Numbered from the stretch's first letter, positions 31,643 through 47,647 are shown. The stretch is 64,000 nt of DNA from the human T2T-CHM13v2.0 reference genome, Homo sapiens (GCF_009914755.1 NC_060927.1), one strand, 5' to 3'. Translations and numbers: made by a program. The notes: a model not told the origin generated them from the sequence alone.

Positions 31643-31930
31643 GTTTTGGTTTGGTTTGGTTTGGTTTTTAAGAGACAGGGTCTCACTCTGTCACCCAGGC
31701 TGGTGTGCAGTCATAACTCCCTGTAGCCTTGAATACCTGGCCTCAAGGGATCCTCTCACCTTAGCCTCCAGAGTAGCTAGGACTACAGGCACACTACCAT
31801 GCCTAATTTTTAAATTTTTTAAAATTTTTTTGTCGGGATAGGGTTCCACGATGTTGCTCAGGCTGGTCTCAAACTCCTGGCTTCAAGCGATCCTCCTGCC
31901 TCAGCCTCCCAAAACACTGAGATTACAGGC
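31643..31930 (-). mobile_element. AluJ (antisense)
   Basis: Reverse-complement Alu with (GGTTT)n tail. Confidence 0.85.
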
Positions 31931-32527
31931 AAACACTGGGTGTTTTAAAAACAAGTTGTTTGAATGACTTAAAGAGATTACATCCAAATTGCCAAGACCT
32001 AGTAACTGCTCTTTAACTATTTACCACCCCCTTCTCCTCCATAAAGTGCAGTTGGCGCCAAGGCCTCAGAGACACGGGAGGGTGTGGCAAACCACGAGGC
32101 TGAGAGTGGAGGTGTGGGAGAGGCTGGAGGGAAGCTATGGCCTTGGAATTTTATTGCCTTTTATTGTTGTTCTTGCAGGAGCAGGGGGGTTGAGGGGGGT
32201 TCATCCTGTATTTGACGCCCACACTCAGATCCCAGGGGAGTAGAGGAGGAGACAGCAGCCGATGCACTTCTTTTGCCAGTGAGCTGTGCAATGATGCTAC
32301 CTGTCTGCTTCCCTTCTGTGGAATTTACCCTCTCTTAGAACAGTCAGTGTTGCTGTGACACATTTACAAAAGTGATAAGTTTATAATGATTTTGTGCTTA
32401 GAAACTGTTGTTAATTTACTCTCTGACAACAGTGGAGACACCACATGTCAAAATGTCAGAATGGGGTTCAAACCAAAGACTACTCTTACAAGACCCTGGT
32501 TGGGAAAGTTTCATATAGAAAATAAAT

Positions 32528-32790
32528 GCTGGGCAGGCGGATCATCTGAGATCAGGAGTTCAAGACCAACATGGCGAAACGCTGTCTCTACTAAAAAATA
32601 TAAAAATTAGCCAGTCGTGGTGGTAGGCTCTTATAATCCCAGCTACTTGGGAACTGAGGCAGGAGAATCACTTGAAACCCGGAGGCGGAGGTTGCAGTGA
32701 GCCAAGATCATGCCACTCTGCTCCAGCCTGGGCAACGGAGTAAGACTCCGTCTCAAAAAAACAAAAAACAAACAACAACAACAAAAAAAA
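32528..32790 (+). mobile_element. 5'-truncated AluS
   Basis: Alu body from ggcaggcggatca to the tail. Confidence 0.85.
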
Positions 32791-32994
32791 CCAATAGTAA
32801 TAATGCTTAGGACCTCAATAAAACTTCAGTCCTGTCCGTTTTTGGTGAGCAAGAGATGAGAACATCAGGGAGTCTGGGATGAAAATGAATTCCTGAATGA
32901 GTGAGGGGTTGGGCATTCCCTACTCAGTGAGGAGAATGAGTGTTCCATGCAGACTTTTATGCTCTACCCACAAGATAAGTTGTCCAAGCACTAT

Positions 32995-33110
32995 TTTTGT
33001 TTGTTTGTTTGTTTCTTTGTTTGTTTGAGACAGGGTCTTGCTTTGTCACCCAGGCTGGAGTGCACTGGTGCAATCATGGCTCACTGCAGCCTCCACCTGT
33101 TGGCTCAGGC
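32995..33110 (-). mobile_element. Alu fragment (antisense)
   Basis: (TTTG)n tail plus right-arm 3' end. Confidence 0.8.
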
Positions 33111-35639
33111 CAGGCACTAATTTTAATGATAGAAACCAAATGGAATGATGCTGGGTCATTTACTACTTAGGGTCAGTTTTTCTGGCAGGTCAGATATTTG
33201 GAGTTGGTGTTTCCCTTTTCTTCCCTGCCTTCTGGCCATTTAACTGCTAATTCAGACCTCCACCTGGGAAGTGAAAAAGAAAAGTGGTTCCCTGCTCATT
33301 GTCATAGTTCTGGTTTAAAAGTTTTATAGAATGAAATACTTGCCCAACATGAGAGGTTTAGAATGTTCTGGTAAACCACAGTGTTAATAAGTGGAAGCTA
33401 ATGGAAATAGCTAACAGGTTTTCTACACGTAGAATCCCTTGTGTAGATGAAAAAAAAAATCACTGGGCATATTGCCTTCCATTATAGGACTAGACTGTGG
33501 GATCCAGGAAAATGTTGCTTAACATCTCGTTGTTGGATTCCAAGTCATCTGTACTCCCCCAAAATACCACTTCCATTAATTACTGTTCCATTTTGAGCAC
33601 TATGGTGATATTTTCATTATCAAGAGTTCTTGGGAAGAGGCCGAGAGGTTTTTTTTAGCACTCCTAAGAAAAAATTAACACACATGGGAATTCCACAATG
33701 CCCCTTCTCCCTCCTTTCCATGACTTTGCCTTTTCAGTCCATGAGCTACAATGAAGTTCTACAATCTGTTGTTCTCAATTTTCCTGGCAGGAAAAAAAAA
33801 ATCTTTTCTGAGTAGGAAGGTTTGCCTTTTTAGAACAAACACGTTCTTCCCTGCGTGATTCTTCTGAATGCCTGGCCTTCTGTCAACTATCAGTCTGAAG
33901 GGGAATTTCCATAGAGCCTCGCCACCAAATTTAAATTAGGCAAAGTTTCAAAGATTTTAGATTAGGCACCAAATTGTTATGGCCTTGGAAGGAACAGGAA
34001 ATGTACTTGCATTTGGTATCGAGTGGGGGAGGAAAACAATCAGATTTTTAACCACATAACGTGTGCACGGTGGTAAATTTAACTGATGGAGAAATCAAGC
34101 AATTTTCCTGTGATCTTTTTTAATAGGAGTTTTAAAATGCATTTTATATTGAGTAGTTATTTCATGTTTTCTTAAAACAATTATTGTATTGAACTAAAAA
34201 TAAACTAGGTAGTTTGTTCACATAACAAATCTACATTCAAAGACATGCAAACAAATTTTCCACTTAGTCCATTTTTCTGTTCTCAGCATTACTACAAATG
34301 CCTCATTCTGTTATCACGTTGAATTCTTCAGCATCTTCTATATCATTTCCAGGGCATCTCTGGGAAGTAGTGATGCCTGTCTTCCCTCAGAAGCACACTG
34401 ATAACCCCAATATACCCACAATTCACACTTTTTTCCTTCTCTGAGGTATGCTGTTTTTTGGCAAAACAGAAAAAACACACTACTAGGATATGAAAAACTT
34501 CATTCTGGGCCTGGTTAGGTCATAAACTACAGAACCTTAGGTCATATATTCTCACCGGGCGCTTGTTTCTCCACTGCAAAAAATAATTCGTATTTGCTTG
34601 GTCCTTTGTAGTACTTTACTGTTTATAAGTGTAGTACATTTATCTTCATGATGACCCTTAAATTTAAGTAAGGTAGTATTATGCTCATTTTATAGAAGAA
34701 ATTCAATCTCAAAGAGGATACAGTCTCCCAAAGATCCCACAAGCAGTAATATATTAGGCAGAGCTAAACTCACACACTGTCACTCAATATCCTAATATTG
34801 GTACATGCCATGCTAATAAGTGTGCTAAAATGGATGAAGCGGCAATTTCTCAGGTCCCTTCCAATGATCCTGTCCTCTGCTTCTACTTGATATTTTTTCT
34901 CTCTTTCAACTAGCATTAACATCCGAAACTGTATATCATCACCACATTTCATTTACCATGGTTTTTTAATTTAATTATTCTTTAAATTTTTCTATTTCCA
35001 TGTTAAATCCAGAGAAATTGTTACTTTTTGGAAAGTTTCTACTGCTGCCTGCCTCTGAAGGCCACGGGACTTACCTGTTTGTTTGTCAAAGCAGAAATGC
35101 CCAACATTTTGTAAACACTAATTTTTTTATAACTGTAAAGATGATTATTCCATACTTAAAACCAATTCAAAATAAAATAAATCCTCAATACTTCTTATTC
35201 CCTGGGGTAGTAATTTTAATTAGATTCTATTGATTCATTATTTTCTCCTGTGTGCCTTTATTTGGGAAATACTGTTAGTTTACCTTGCTATCGAGTCTCT
35301 TTCCCTAACAAGAAAATGTCAGCCTTACGAGTCAGGAAAGCTTTTACTTTCACTATCACATATGAAGAATGAACTAAACACCTAACTTGGAAAGTAAAAC
35401 TTAAATGAGGGATTCAGGACATTTCCCAAGGGGTCATCTGACCAATTTAAGAGTTGGTATGATGTGCCTAAAATAGCAAATTAACTCTTCTACTTATAAT
35501 AAAGGTGCAGATGTACTGATTAGACATGCTGACATGTACATATAAAATATGCCTAAACCAAATTAAAAGAAAACAAAATATATTCCATGGCAATCTTGAA
35601 AAGTCAGGGAGCTCAATATATATTAAGAGTATGCGCTCA

Positions 35640-35968
<329 letters not shown>

Positions 35969-36081
35969 TCACAATGAGAGCATTAAACATTTGGTAATTA
36001 ACATAATTTAATATGCCAAAAATGAGAAAATAGTCAGGATGAGGGATGAGGAGTACACATAGGAAATTTTTGTGATTTTCT

Positions 36082-36609
36082 TCATTTTGATTGTATTGCT
36101 TTCTTGTCTTCAGGAGGGAAGATTTTGACTTCAAAAGTAACAAAATATTTAAGAAGGGAATTCACATCTTTCTGTTCTAATTGGTATTCTTGCGCTATTT
36201 TCTCAGCAGTCCATGTTTCTGGATAAAGTTTATGATTGTTAAGAAGTGTCAGTGCTTCTACAATGGAAATTTTGCCTTTGGGAATGCTCTTAATATTTAT
36301 CATATCAAAGTGATGACCTTTCAGCAATCTGAATTCCTTTGGCTCTTGATGTGTTTCAGCAGCTTTTACCTGCGCGGAAGACACAAGATCTTTGGAATCA
36401 ACATACACATCTTTTAGAAATGGCAGCAGCTTGTCATCTTTATGAGCAATCTCTCCCTTAATTTCTGGATAGAGACTAATCTGCTCTCACAGGAGGCTGT
36501 TGGTAGAGGGGTGCCTGGGAGCAGGAGAGGGCTTCATCTTGCTGATTTCCCATTCTGCTCGGTTCTCTCGGTTGGAATGCCTGATCCTGCGAGTCACTGC
36601 AGCCCCCAT
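36082..36609 (-). pseudogene. NDUFAF4P3: Processed pseudogene of NDUFAF4 (complex I assembly factor 4): CDS-derived part, premature TGA at codon 41 (36487-36489)
   Basis: Reads [72 protein letters not shown]...[12 protein letters not shown]. 528 nt, intronless, same length as NDUFAF4 (175 aa). The P3 number is from memory. Confidence 0.93.
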
Positions 36610-38384
36610 CTCATAACATGATGCCCTCAGGTTTACGCCACTTGTGGGAACACTGGCACAGGAAGCCTCCAGGGCGTCTGGAGCATGCACACATGTCCTG
36701 TGATTCTTTATATCTTTTATTTTTATGCCATGGTACAAGTTGTGCTTTACAGAGCATTTGGGTGAATAACTAGAAATATGCCATAGATTCTTGAGGCTTT
36801 GCCTGGTTCACTAATGACAGGCTCCAGGGCGTTTCTCAGGGAGCGTGTTAGCATGTTTCTAGGACCAGCCACATCAGCCAGACCTGGCTCTGTACAGACC
36901 CAAACCTGAGAATGCCATGTGAGACCTGTGTGACTGCAGAATCAAAGTGCTGGTTGCGAGGTGCCAATTACATGTTGAATTTCATCTTCAACCCAACTCT
37001 ACTTACCTTTCAGGGAGTGATGAGTAGGGGGCGAGAGGGGAAAATGCAGAAAGTGTTGTTTGAGGCCCACAGAAACTATAAAGATGAAGAACAGGAGAAA
37101 CCTAGTTAATCATGCCCTGGAAAGCTGGCCTGCAGAAAGAAAAGGAATTTATCTCTGAGAAGGCCTTCAGAAAGAAAATGAGTAGGCTCCGGAGACGTTC
37201 ATCTGTCTTCGTGCAGCCATAAAAAGTTATCAGGTGAGGCTGAGGGGTGAAGGCGCTTTCTCTGATCCCTGAATTGGTTACTGAGGCCCACAGAAGAGGA
37301 AAGGACCCCTGAAGCCAGAAACTCCCCCAAGGCAAATCAAGACTTTATGGAATCAGCTCTGTTACTGCAAGACATCCCCTCAAACTCCCGTCTCAGTCTG
37401 TGTGAGAAGCGTGCATGAATTCTTGCTATTTTCTTGATATTTTCAAATAGCAGAATACATGATAAACTTGTAAGTCCACAGATGAGTCGGTAAGCTGCTG
37501 CCATATGGAGCATGCACCAGACTGAGGTCTTTGGTGACAGCTGGAAAGACTGGCTCTGTCTCATTTCAGCAGAATCAGAATGGATTCGAAGGCTATCCAG
37601 TGGAAGTGCTCAGAATTGCGCTGGAAGGCTGGAGAACCAGACCAAAAATCAGAGGGATCTGGAAACCTGAGGGCTATAGGCTGCGTCCAGGCGCAGGAAG
37701 TCTGGCATGGTGTCCTGGACACTGGACACAGCTATCCCTGGCTTCTCTCTACCTCGTGCTCTGGAGTCAGGCAGAAACCTTTCTACTTTCTGGAGTTGCT
37801 GAGAAGGTTCAGTGATACCAGCATGAAGCTCCTAGAAGAAGGGCTGGTGCATAGCTGCTGCTCAGGGTGGCACAGCCCCTCCACAGTCCTGCCCACATGT
37901 GAGTTGCCCCTTCACACCACTCCCTAACACTGCCCTCACCAAAGATGCAAGCCTGGTATCTCAACCAGAGAGGCATCTTTCAACATGGCAAGCAAGATTA
38001 CTCCAAAAAAATGCCACTTACCATTCCTTTGGTGTACTGCTTCTAGAGGCAAAGTTTACTGCTTTTACTGTCATGAAATAGACTGTGACTTGTTATTTAT
38101 CATTTATGTGACCAATTATAGTTACAATCATGTTCCATGTGACAATAGAATCTTTCCCCCCTTGAACCTCACATTATGCTGAGATGTAGGATGAAGAGGA
38201 GGGTTGTTGAAGGGTCATCACCGCCCCCATCCTATGCCATCAGCAGTGGGTGGTGAGTAGTTCTTTCTCTTCACCCACCTCCCCACATGTGAGAATTAAG
38301 CTCTGACCATCAAGAATTGAGAAAACTCTCGGTATAGTTTTCCAAACACACGAGTCATATTTTCTAATGGTCATCATTTGCTTA

Positions 38385-39000
38385 TTTGTTTGATGAATAT
38401 TTATTGAGGGCTTGCTAAGAGCCAGGCACTGTGCTAGGCACTGGGGACTCGATGGGGAACAAAAGAGACATGATCCGTGCCCTCCCAGAGCTGGCCGAGG
38501 GGGCAGCAGTCAGCAAGGACGCAAACAAGAATTCTATTTCCAGTTGAGGTTAGTCCCCAGGGAGTAGCCTGCTTTAGATTGGGGGTCGAGGAATGTTTCT
38601 ACAAGGAAGCTGAGACTGGCAGATGAGAAGGAATTCGCTTGCCAAGCATGAGGAAGAGTGTCTCAGTTGGGGAGGAGAGCTGTATGGAGCCCCAAAAGGC
38701 TTGGCCTCTTCAAGGCACTGAAAGACCAGGTAGCAGGAAGCTGGTTAGCAGTGAAGAGAACCATGGTAGACCTAGGCAGGGTCCATGCCAGGTAACACCA
38801 CTGGGCACTTACAAAGGAAAGCCATTGAAAGCTTCTGTTTGGAGCAGGGAATGGCATGATCCAGTGTATGTTCTTTAAAAATCGTAGGCCACTGTGTGGA
38901 TGGTGGATTTTAGGGGCAAAGGTGGAAATAAGGAGCTGGTTAGAAGGCTGCGATTTTCACCTGGCAAGAGGTCAGGGTGGCAGAGGAGACAGAGCAAGTG
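38385..39000 (-). mobile_element. L2 fragment
   Basis: 'atatttattgag..gccaggcactgtgctaggcactggg'. Confidence 0.7.
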
Positions 39001-39552
39001 GACAGTATGTCTATGTCAGTGAAGGTGCGGTGACCGGTGCCACTCACACGTAAGGAATGCTTATCCTGGAGGGCTGGGAGTGATCCAGTGTCATCTCGAT
39101 GCAAAGCCCCTTGCACAGCACATCCACGGTGGCACTCTGTTAATAGTGGCTGTCATTGCATAAAGAGATGGCCAAGGAGATGAACCACATGAAAAATGAG
39201 CCTCCTTCTCCCCAAATCCTCAAGTCCTGGTCAGTTTACTCTAAATCAAAGTTTCCAGTCGTCATGATGAGTATGATCATCATCATTATTATTTTTAGGC
39301 AACAGAACCCATTTCTAAATTGAAATATGCTTCAGTTGACTCAGGGGTGAGGTTCCTGGAACTCCCTCTTGGTGGCTTCCATACCCCCTCACTGGACCCG
39401 TGGGCTCTAAAGAAGCCACTGCTATGGAAAGTTGTATTCTCAGAAGGTTGCCCAGTCCATCAAAGGCTTTCACTAGATGCTAGTTATACCCCCAGTAACT
39501 ATGAACAAGATGAAATTTTTACCCTCAAGACTTCCACAGCCCCAAACAGGTC

Positions 39553-39554
<2 letters not shown>

Positions 39555-39599
<45 letters not shown>

Positions 39600-39605
39600 A
39601 CACAC
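39555..39605. repeat. (CA)n microsatellite, ~20 units
   Basis: Direct reading. Confidence 0.95.
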
Positions 39606-39760
39606 ATCACACCCCTGCAGCACTGTATGCATACGTGCCCAGAGTATCTGTGCTGAAGAGGTCAAGACAGGTTTCACAGAAGGAGTGACCCCCGAACAAG
39701 TATTGAAGGAATTTCCCACGTGGACAAGGAAGATCAGGCATTCAAGATGAAGTCAGATGG

Positions 39761-40160
39761 TGTCTTGGGCTGGATTCTCAAGAAGCAGACCCTGAGATGA
39801 GGGCATCATGTAAGCAGTTTATTTAGGGAGATGCTCCTAATGAGACCCAGAAATAAATGGGACAGGATAGGAAAGAGGAGAAGGGAAGCAAGGGTGAGAT
39901 TTCAGGGACCATCTTAGCTCCACCCTGATCTTGACCTCGGAGTTGGTCCTGCCTGGAAGCAGGGGAGCTGGGGTCTCACACTCCTGTATCTGCCAGTCAT
40001 TGGTTGGGGCTGTTCCAGAGGTAGTAACCCCAAGCCACTTTACCCTCTAAAAGTGAGGCAGGCCTCTAGAAGTGAAGGCATGACAAACCTGGGGGCTGGG
40101 CAGGCCAAATCAAGAGAGGGGACCCAAAAGGATCTGGGCAGAGAACCGAGTCTTGGCCAC
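39761..40160 (-). mobile_element. ERVL-type LTR relic (LTR16/LTR33-like)
   Basis: 'tgtcttgggctggattc..agaagcagaccctgaga..gtttatttagggag'. Confidence 0.55.
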
Positions 40161-42079
40161 AGATGGAAATGTTCTGCACTCAGAGCTTGGGTGCTGTGCT
40201 CAGTGTGCGTGTCCATGTCCCATTAAGATGAATGACCTCATTGTGTGAGGTGTGCTCGAATCTGCTGAATTCCTGTGAAGTGCTAGGCATGTGCTATGAT
40301 TACCTCCTGTCACTCTGACATCACCCCTGTGAACTAGGCACTACAACTTCCATCTTCTTTGGAACAGAGGCTCCGGGAGTGAAGGAGCCTGCTGGATGCC
40401 CCACAGCCGGTCAGTGGAAGAGGAATTTCTGGCCACAGCTCTGCCTGTTGGCGAGCCCTGAGTCTCCCTTGACCCCTTACCCCTCTGGCCTGTGCTGTCC
40501 TGTAGCCCAGAGCCCACACACAGAGCAGGTGGGAGGAATCGCATTCCTGGGTGGTAGACAGCTGACCCTCTGTCTTAGGAGTGACCCTTGGCTCTAATGG
40601 CCTCAGGAGCACATCATGCTCAGACTTATTTGGTGGTCAGTTGGCTTTGGAACTCTTCCCATTGTGTCCTGGTCCTTAACTAGATGCACAGATGTGCAGT
40701 CAAGGGGAGAATGAAGACTCCTCGGGATTCTCCATCGCTTGAGGTAAATGAGCTCCATCCCTCTCTCTCTCAAGAGCAATGTGAGGATTATGGGGAGTAG
40801 TAGATAGTAAACCTCTCAGCATGGTGCCTGGTGCATAGTAAGTACTCTACAAATGTGATCCATTACCAGTAACAGGAATTAGAAAGCCCAGCTCATTCCT
40901 CTGCAAACTCTGACAGAGAAAGGGATTTTGGAAACATGACACCTGGCAGGCATGGGGCATGTTTGACATCTCTGTTCATCACAGCACAGACTTACAGTGC
41001 CAGTCTTGCCAAATGTACAGTTTATTTTCTGTTCATTTATGTCGTCTCCATAAGTCTCCCTGTGCCTCTGAACTGGCTTGCCTTCTAGGCTGAGTTCTGA
41101 GAGCCATCTGAGGCATGGTTCTGCTGAAAACATTTATTCCAGCCCCAACCACCCTGTCTCCCTCCTCCCTCCCCCACACCTGCACTGGCTATTAGATGGA
41201 ATCAGAATCGGGTGGAAATGTCATCTCACTGTCACAGATGTTATTCTCTTTCCACTTCTTATTTTATATAAATTCCTTCCTTCTATTGAGACAAGTGTGT
41301 GATGTTGACTGCAGAGAGCATCTTGCCCTTGTCATTGACCTTCAGCTGGCCTAGGTCTGGAGTTGAACCTCCTCTTGGATGGTATTGACCGAGCTGTCCC
41401 TCCGTCTCTGGAAGCCCTCCATCCAGCAGAAGCCTGGGTGAGATGTACTGCCATTGTGATCATATTCTCAGGCCTTGTGGAGACATGGGCATTGCCAGCT
41501 GTTACAGTAGGCATATTTGCATTGATCAGAACATAAAAGTTTCCATAAACACAGAAGTGAATCAAATAGTGTGGTTTAGGTTCACCCACTGCCTCAGACT
41601 GGAAGCTGGCTTCTGGCCACTCCATGACACCAGCTTGGCAACCTCAGGTACGTTAAATTCTACAGAAGCAGGCAGGGTGCCAGTGTCTGGACCTGTCTCA
41701 AAGGCCTGTTTGCCCTCCTCAAAGGCCCCCTTGAGACAGATCCTCATACTCCCCATTTTCGTCTGTTTTGTTAGTCAGCGTCCAGTGTGTGAGCCCTCCA
41801 GCCAGGGTCCGCACCAGGCCATCAGCCATCCCTTCACTGGCCAGAGCTCCTGCCTTCCCCAGCTCAGCCTGCTACGACCCTCACAGCCACTCCCCCAAAA
41901 CCAGCAGACTTCTCCTCCTCCTCAGTCAATCTTCTCCTTTCACACCACCTCCTTTCTTACTGAAAGCGTGGATCTAACCTGGGGAAACCATTTCCCCCGC
42001 AGCCCTCTCACGGGGGCTTTTTCCTTGTACTCCCACATTCAGTTATCTCTTCTGACCTAGATTCATTTTGCAGTGTACT

Positions 42080-42620
42080 TTGCAAAATGCAAATCACATC
42101 ACTGCCCTGCTCAAAATCCTCCAGTGGCTTCTCATTCCTCTTAAGGTAAAGCATGGAGATCTTACTGCAGCCTCCAGCTCCTGTCTCTCCAGCATATCAT
42201 GAACATCTTCCCGCTGCTTCTTGTTCATCCTGTTGGCTCCAGTTCACTGTCCAATGGCAGTGTCTCACCCTTGCCAAGTTCACTCATGCCAAAGGGGGTT
42301 TGCACATCATGTTCCCTCTCCTTGGAATGATCTTCCCTCCCTTGTTTAGCTGGTAAACTTCTGCTTGTCCTTTCACCTTCAGCTCAAATGGCTCCTCAGG
42401 GAACTCTGTTCACTCCCATGCCTCTATCATGAGGATCTTTTATCATCATGAACTTCTCCTTTGTAGCACTTCCACAGTTATAATGATGCATTTATTTTTC
42501 TAATTGACTAGTAGTCTCTAGAAGCTGGAAGTTCTGTGAAAGCAAAGACTGCCTGTTTTATTCATCAATGAATTTCCACAATGTCTAGCACATAGGAGAT
42601 ACTGCAGACACATTTGTTGG
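42080..42620 (+). mobile_element. L2 3' fragment
   Basis: 'ctgctcaaaatcctccagtggcttctcatt'; ends in a (TGGA)n tail. Confidence 0.7.
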
Positions 42621-42762
42621 TTGGTTGGATGGATGGATGGATGGATGGATGGATGGATGAATGGATGGATGGAACGACGGACAGACGGATGGACAGAGCA
42701 GATGGACAGGTTGATTGACAGATGGATAGGTGGTGGATGGGCGGATGGACAGATGGATGGAT
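42617..42762. repeat. (TGGA)n tetranucleotide repeat, degenerate
   Basis: Direct reading. Confidence 0.92.
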
Positions 42763-43211
42763 GGCCAGGACTCCCCCAAAAGATATAACATTTGCAAATA
42801 TATTTTTGAAGGAGAGAGAAAATAATCACACTCAGAGACTCCACTTCAAATCCCACATCTCTTTTGTTGCAAACTGAGTCGTGTTCATACTTCATCTGAT
42901 TTTATAGCAGAAATGATGTTGAATGTATTAATTTGTATATTCATGAATCATATAATGAATCAGTGCCTTGGTTCAGGTGACAGGAATGCATGCATTCATG
43001 TCTTTATTGTATACAAATCACAGTTTACTGGAGTCCGTAGACAGGAAGATTTATCATTACCTTAAAGAGTGAGAAGGACCTAGAACTGGGACTCTGAAGT
43101 ATACAGCTGTGGTTTTAAAACTCTGTTTTGTTGGAGCCATGGGTTCCCTTGAGTTTGTTCAGTGCAGCTGAGGTCAGGTTAGGGAGGAACAGGGCTTAGA
43201 AAGAGGGGCTG

Positions 43212-43527
43212 GGTCAGGTGCAGTGGCTCACCTGCAGAACTTTGGGAGGCTGAGGCATGCAGATAACTTCAGCCCAGAAGTTCAAGACCAGCCTGGGCAA
43301 CATGGCAAAATCCTATCTCTACAAATAATAATAATAATAATTAGTTGGCTGTGGTGGTGTTTGCCTGTAGTCCCAGCTACTTGGGAGGCTGAGGTGGGAG
43401 AATCACTTGAGCCCACCTCAAGTGATTGAGGCTATAGTATAGGTTGAGGCTATAGTAAGCCAAGATTGTACCACTTCACTCCAGTCTAAGCAACAGAGTG
43501 AGACCCTGTCTCCAAAAAATAAAAACA
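43212..43527 (+). mobile_element. AluJ
   Basis: Diverged dimer with (ATA)n linker. Confidence 0.85.
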
Positions 43528-43875
43528 AATGGGGGCTGAGTAGTCTGGGTTCTAGCTGCCCACCTAAGAAGCTCCATTGTATACACTGGGATGCTATAGG
43601 AGGTTGAAAATCACTATGTTTCCAAGAGCTCAGAGAATGATTAATTCTGCTGAAAACAGGAGTAAGGCAGGCTTCTTGGGAAAGCAGATATTGGAGCAGA
43701 GTCTCTCCTTTAAAAAAATAAAATGGTTTTACTTGCCTTTAAAATGCTCAATTTAAAAAATAGTAAAACGTAGAAAAGAGAAATAATATTCATAATATCA
43801 AAAAAACACCTGTTTACTTTAAAGGGTTCCTACTGTATTGCTGCAAAGCTGAAGTCTTCTACGTATTAGATAATC

Positions 43876-44455
<580 letters not shown>

Positions 44456-44579
44456 TTAGCATAATAAACATCATTTTCCCACATTATTACTATGTTTTCA
44501 AAAGTATCTAAAATTTGGAAATCAGGCAAAAAGATGATTACATATCCTTTCAGTGTCATACTGGAGCATCCCCTCGCCC

Positions 44580-44744
44580 CTTTCTACTCAAAGTGTGGTC
44601 CACAGACCAGCAGCATCAGCATCATGGGGGAGATTATTTGAAATCTAGGCTCTCAGGCCCCATTCTAGACTCTAATTCAGAATCTGCATTTTAATAGAGT
44701 TCCTCATGTGATTCTTATACACAGTAAAATTTGAGAAGCACTGG
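44580..44744. mobile_element. MER5A
   Basis: 'ctcaaagtgtggtcc..cagaatctgcattttaa..tttgagaagcactgg'. Confidence 0.8.
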
Positions 44745-45325
44745 TGGAGGTCCCAAATTCTGTAAAGTTACCTATTAACTTACGGAAGGCTGATAAGTTA
44801 TAAATGACTCTTGCCAGTAAAGATAAAAATGATTTCTGTTTGACTGAAAATATCCCAAAGGTTAGAATTTATTGCCTTGTAGGGTATTAGCCAGTTTTGT
44901 ATTTGATTTAGTAATCTGATTTCAGTAATTTTTTTCCTGTGACTACACATTTTTTTCTGGTCTTTTTAAAACTAGCTTTGCCACCCTGCTGACTTCCTCA
45001 ATAATAAATTAAATAAATCTTTGCCACGTATTCACTATATATTTGTATGAGAATCATGTTTTTAACTTTTTGAAAATTATGCTTTGACAACCAGCTTTCT
45101 GTCATCATTTTTAATAGTTCTGTGGTATTCTATTTTGTGATTGACCATAGTTTACTTATCTATTGCCCTAATGTTAGACACTTAGGATATTGCTAATTTA
45201 GTACCAATATAAATAATTCTGCAGTGAACATCTTTGAGCATAAAACTTTTTCCGTATTTTATATTTATTTCCTTTGAGTAAGTTTTCAAGTACTGAATTA
45301 ATGGATCAAAGGGTATGAACATTTT

Positions 45326-45559
<234 letters not shown>

Positions 45560-46818
45560 TGAACATTTTCAGATGAGCAATAATGAGCTTGTCAAATGGA
45601 CAAGGATGGAAGGGCATTTCAGGAGGCAAGAGCAGCCTGCAGAGAGGCTGGGGACCACCGGTCTCACAGAGGAGAGGCCTCTAACTGGCTAGAATGTAAA
45701 TATGTGTCCTGGGAGCAGCTGGAAAGGCAGGAAGGAGACCAGAGTATGAAGGCCCTGGTGTCCTGAATTAGATGCTCAGCCTAAAGGAAAGTCATGGATA
45801 CTGTAAACCGAGAAGTGACATGATGAGACCTGTGCCTTAGAAAAACAACTCTATCAGCAAGGAGGCCTTTCCAAGCCTCCTGAAATAGTGCTGGTGAGAG
45901 AAGACGAGATGTGAGCCAGGAGGTACCTGGGATGGAAACAAGAGGATGGAGAGAAAAGTTGTTTAGAAAGGTGTAGGGGCTTAACCAAGGATCACCCAGC
46001 TCATTGGTGGTGATGACGGGACCTGATCATCAGTGCTTCTTGCCTCTCCATGTCGTCCATGCTGCTGTTCCTTCCTTAGAGTTTTGTTTTTTAATCTAAG
46101 ATATGACTTCCTAGAGCTACAGGACACTCAGCTCATCACTCACAGATGAGTTTGAGAGTTGTGATGTGAGAGAACAGGCTCTGCCAAAGCATGGAGCACG
46201 CATCCAAGGGGATGAACAGCATCCCTAAAAATAATAAGAGATGAAGCCCACATTCCGGGGAAGTGACAGGGCATTCTTGTGGAACTTGACAGACTAAACT
46301 GTAGCTGCTACTTTAACCTCTGTGTCCACAAAACCAGACCTCCAACGTGGCGTTGCTGGTATGCAGATTTCAGTGTCCCTAAGAAGCCATCTGGGTTAGC
46401 ACAGGGGGCTGGGTTTTACAGCTAACCCCGCTGAGCTCAGTGTCTCAGTCTGATTCATAGTCAACAATAAGGTTTAGCAGACTTTTCTCACACCCAGGTG
46501 CTTTCACAGAACTGCCACATTTCCCTATCAGACCGCCATTTCACAGAGGAAGAGAAAGTTGGTTGCCTACGGTTGCACCAGGACCAGATTAAAGCCAGCG
46601 CTCCTCCCTCTCCATCTTTCCTAACAGTTCCTCACAGTTCATCTGTACAAGACACCATGAGAGATTCCAAATGCAGGAAGTGATTTGATCCACAGCTTTT
46701 TAAGGGCAGGAACCCAAAGACATGAGTCTGTCTGCCTTTAAAGATGAGAGCTGCTCATTTGAACTAGATAGAAAATAGTGGATTTAGGATGACAGACTTC
46801 AGAGCCCACTCTGTCCTA

Positions 46819-47640
<822 letters not shown>

Positions 47641-47647
47641 TAAAAAG

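Noticed and set aside
36610-36738. N-terminal extension of the NDUFAF4-like ORF (MYHGIK...)
   Set aside because: It runs through the 5'UTR and TSD into flanking DNA from a non-ATG start.
41443-42060. Longest ORF (205 aa)
   Set aside because: S/P/L-rich with no recognisable family, and it overlaps several other equally random ORFs; the length is compatible with chance in 64 kb.
42064-42089. 9-bp inverted repeat CATTTTGCA..TGCAAAATG (a similar 8-bp stem is at ~14405)
   Set aside because: Short isolated stems are expected by chance.
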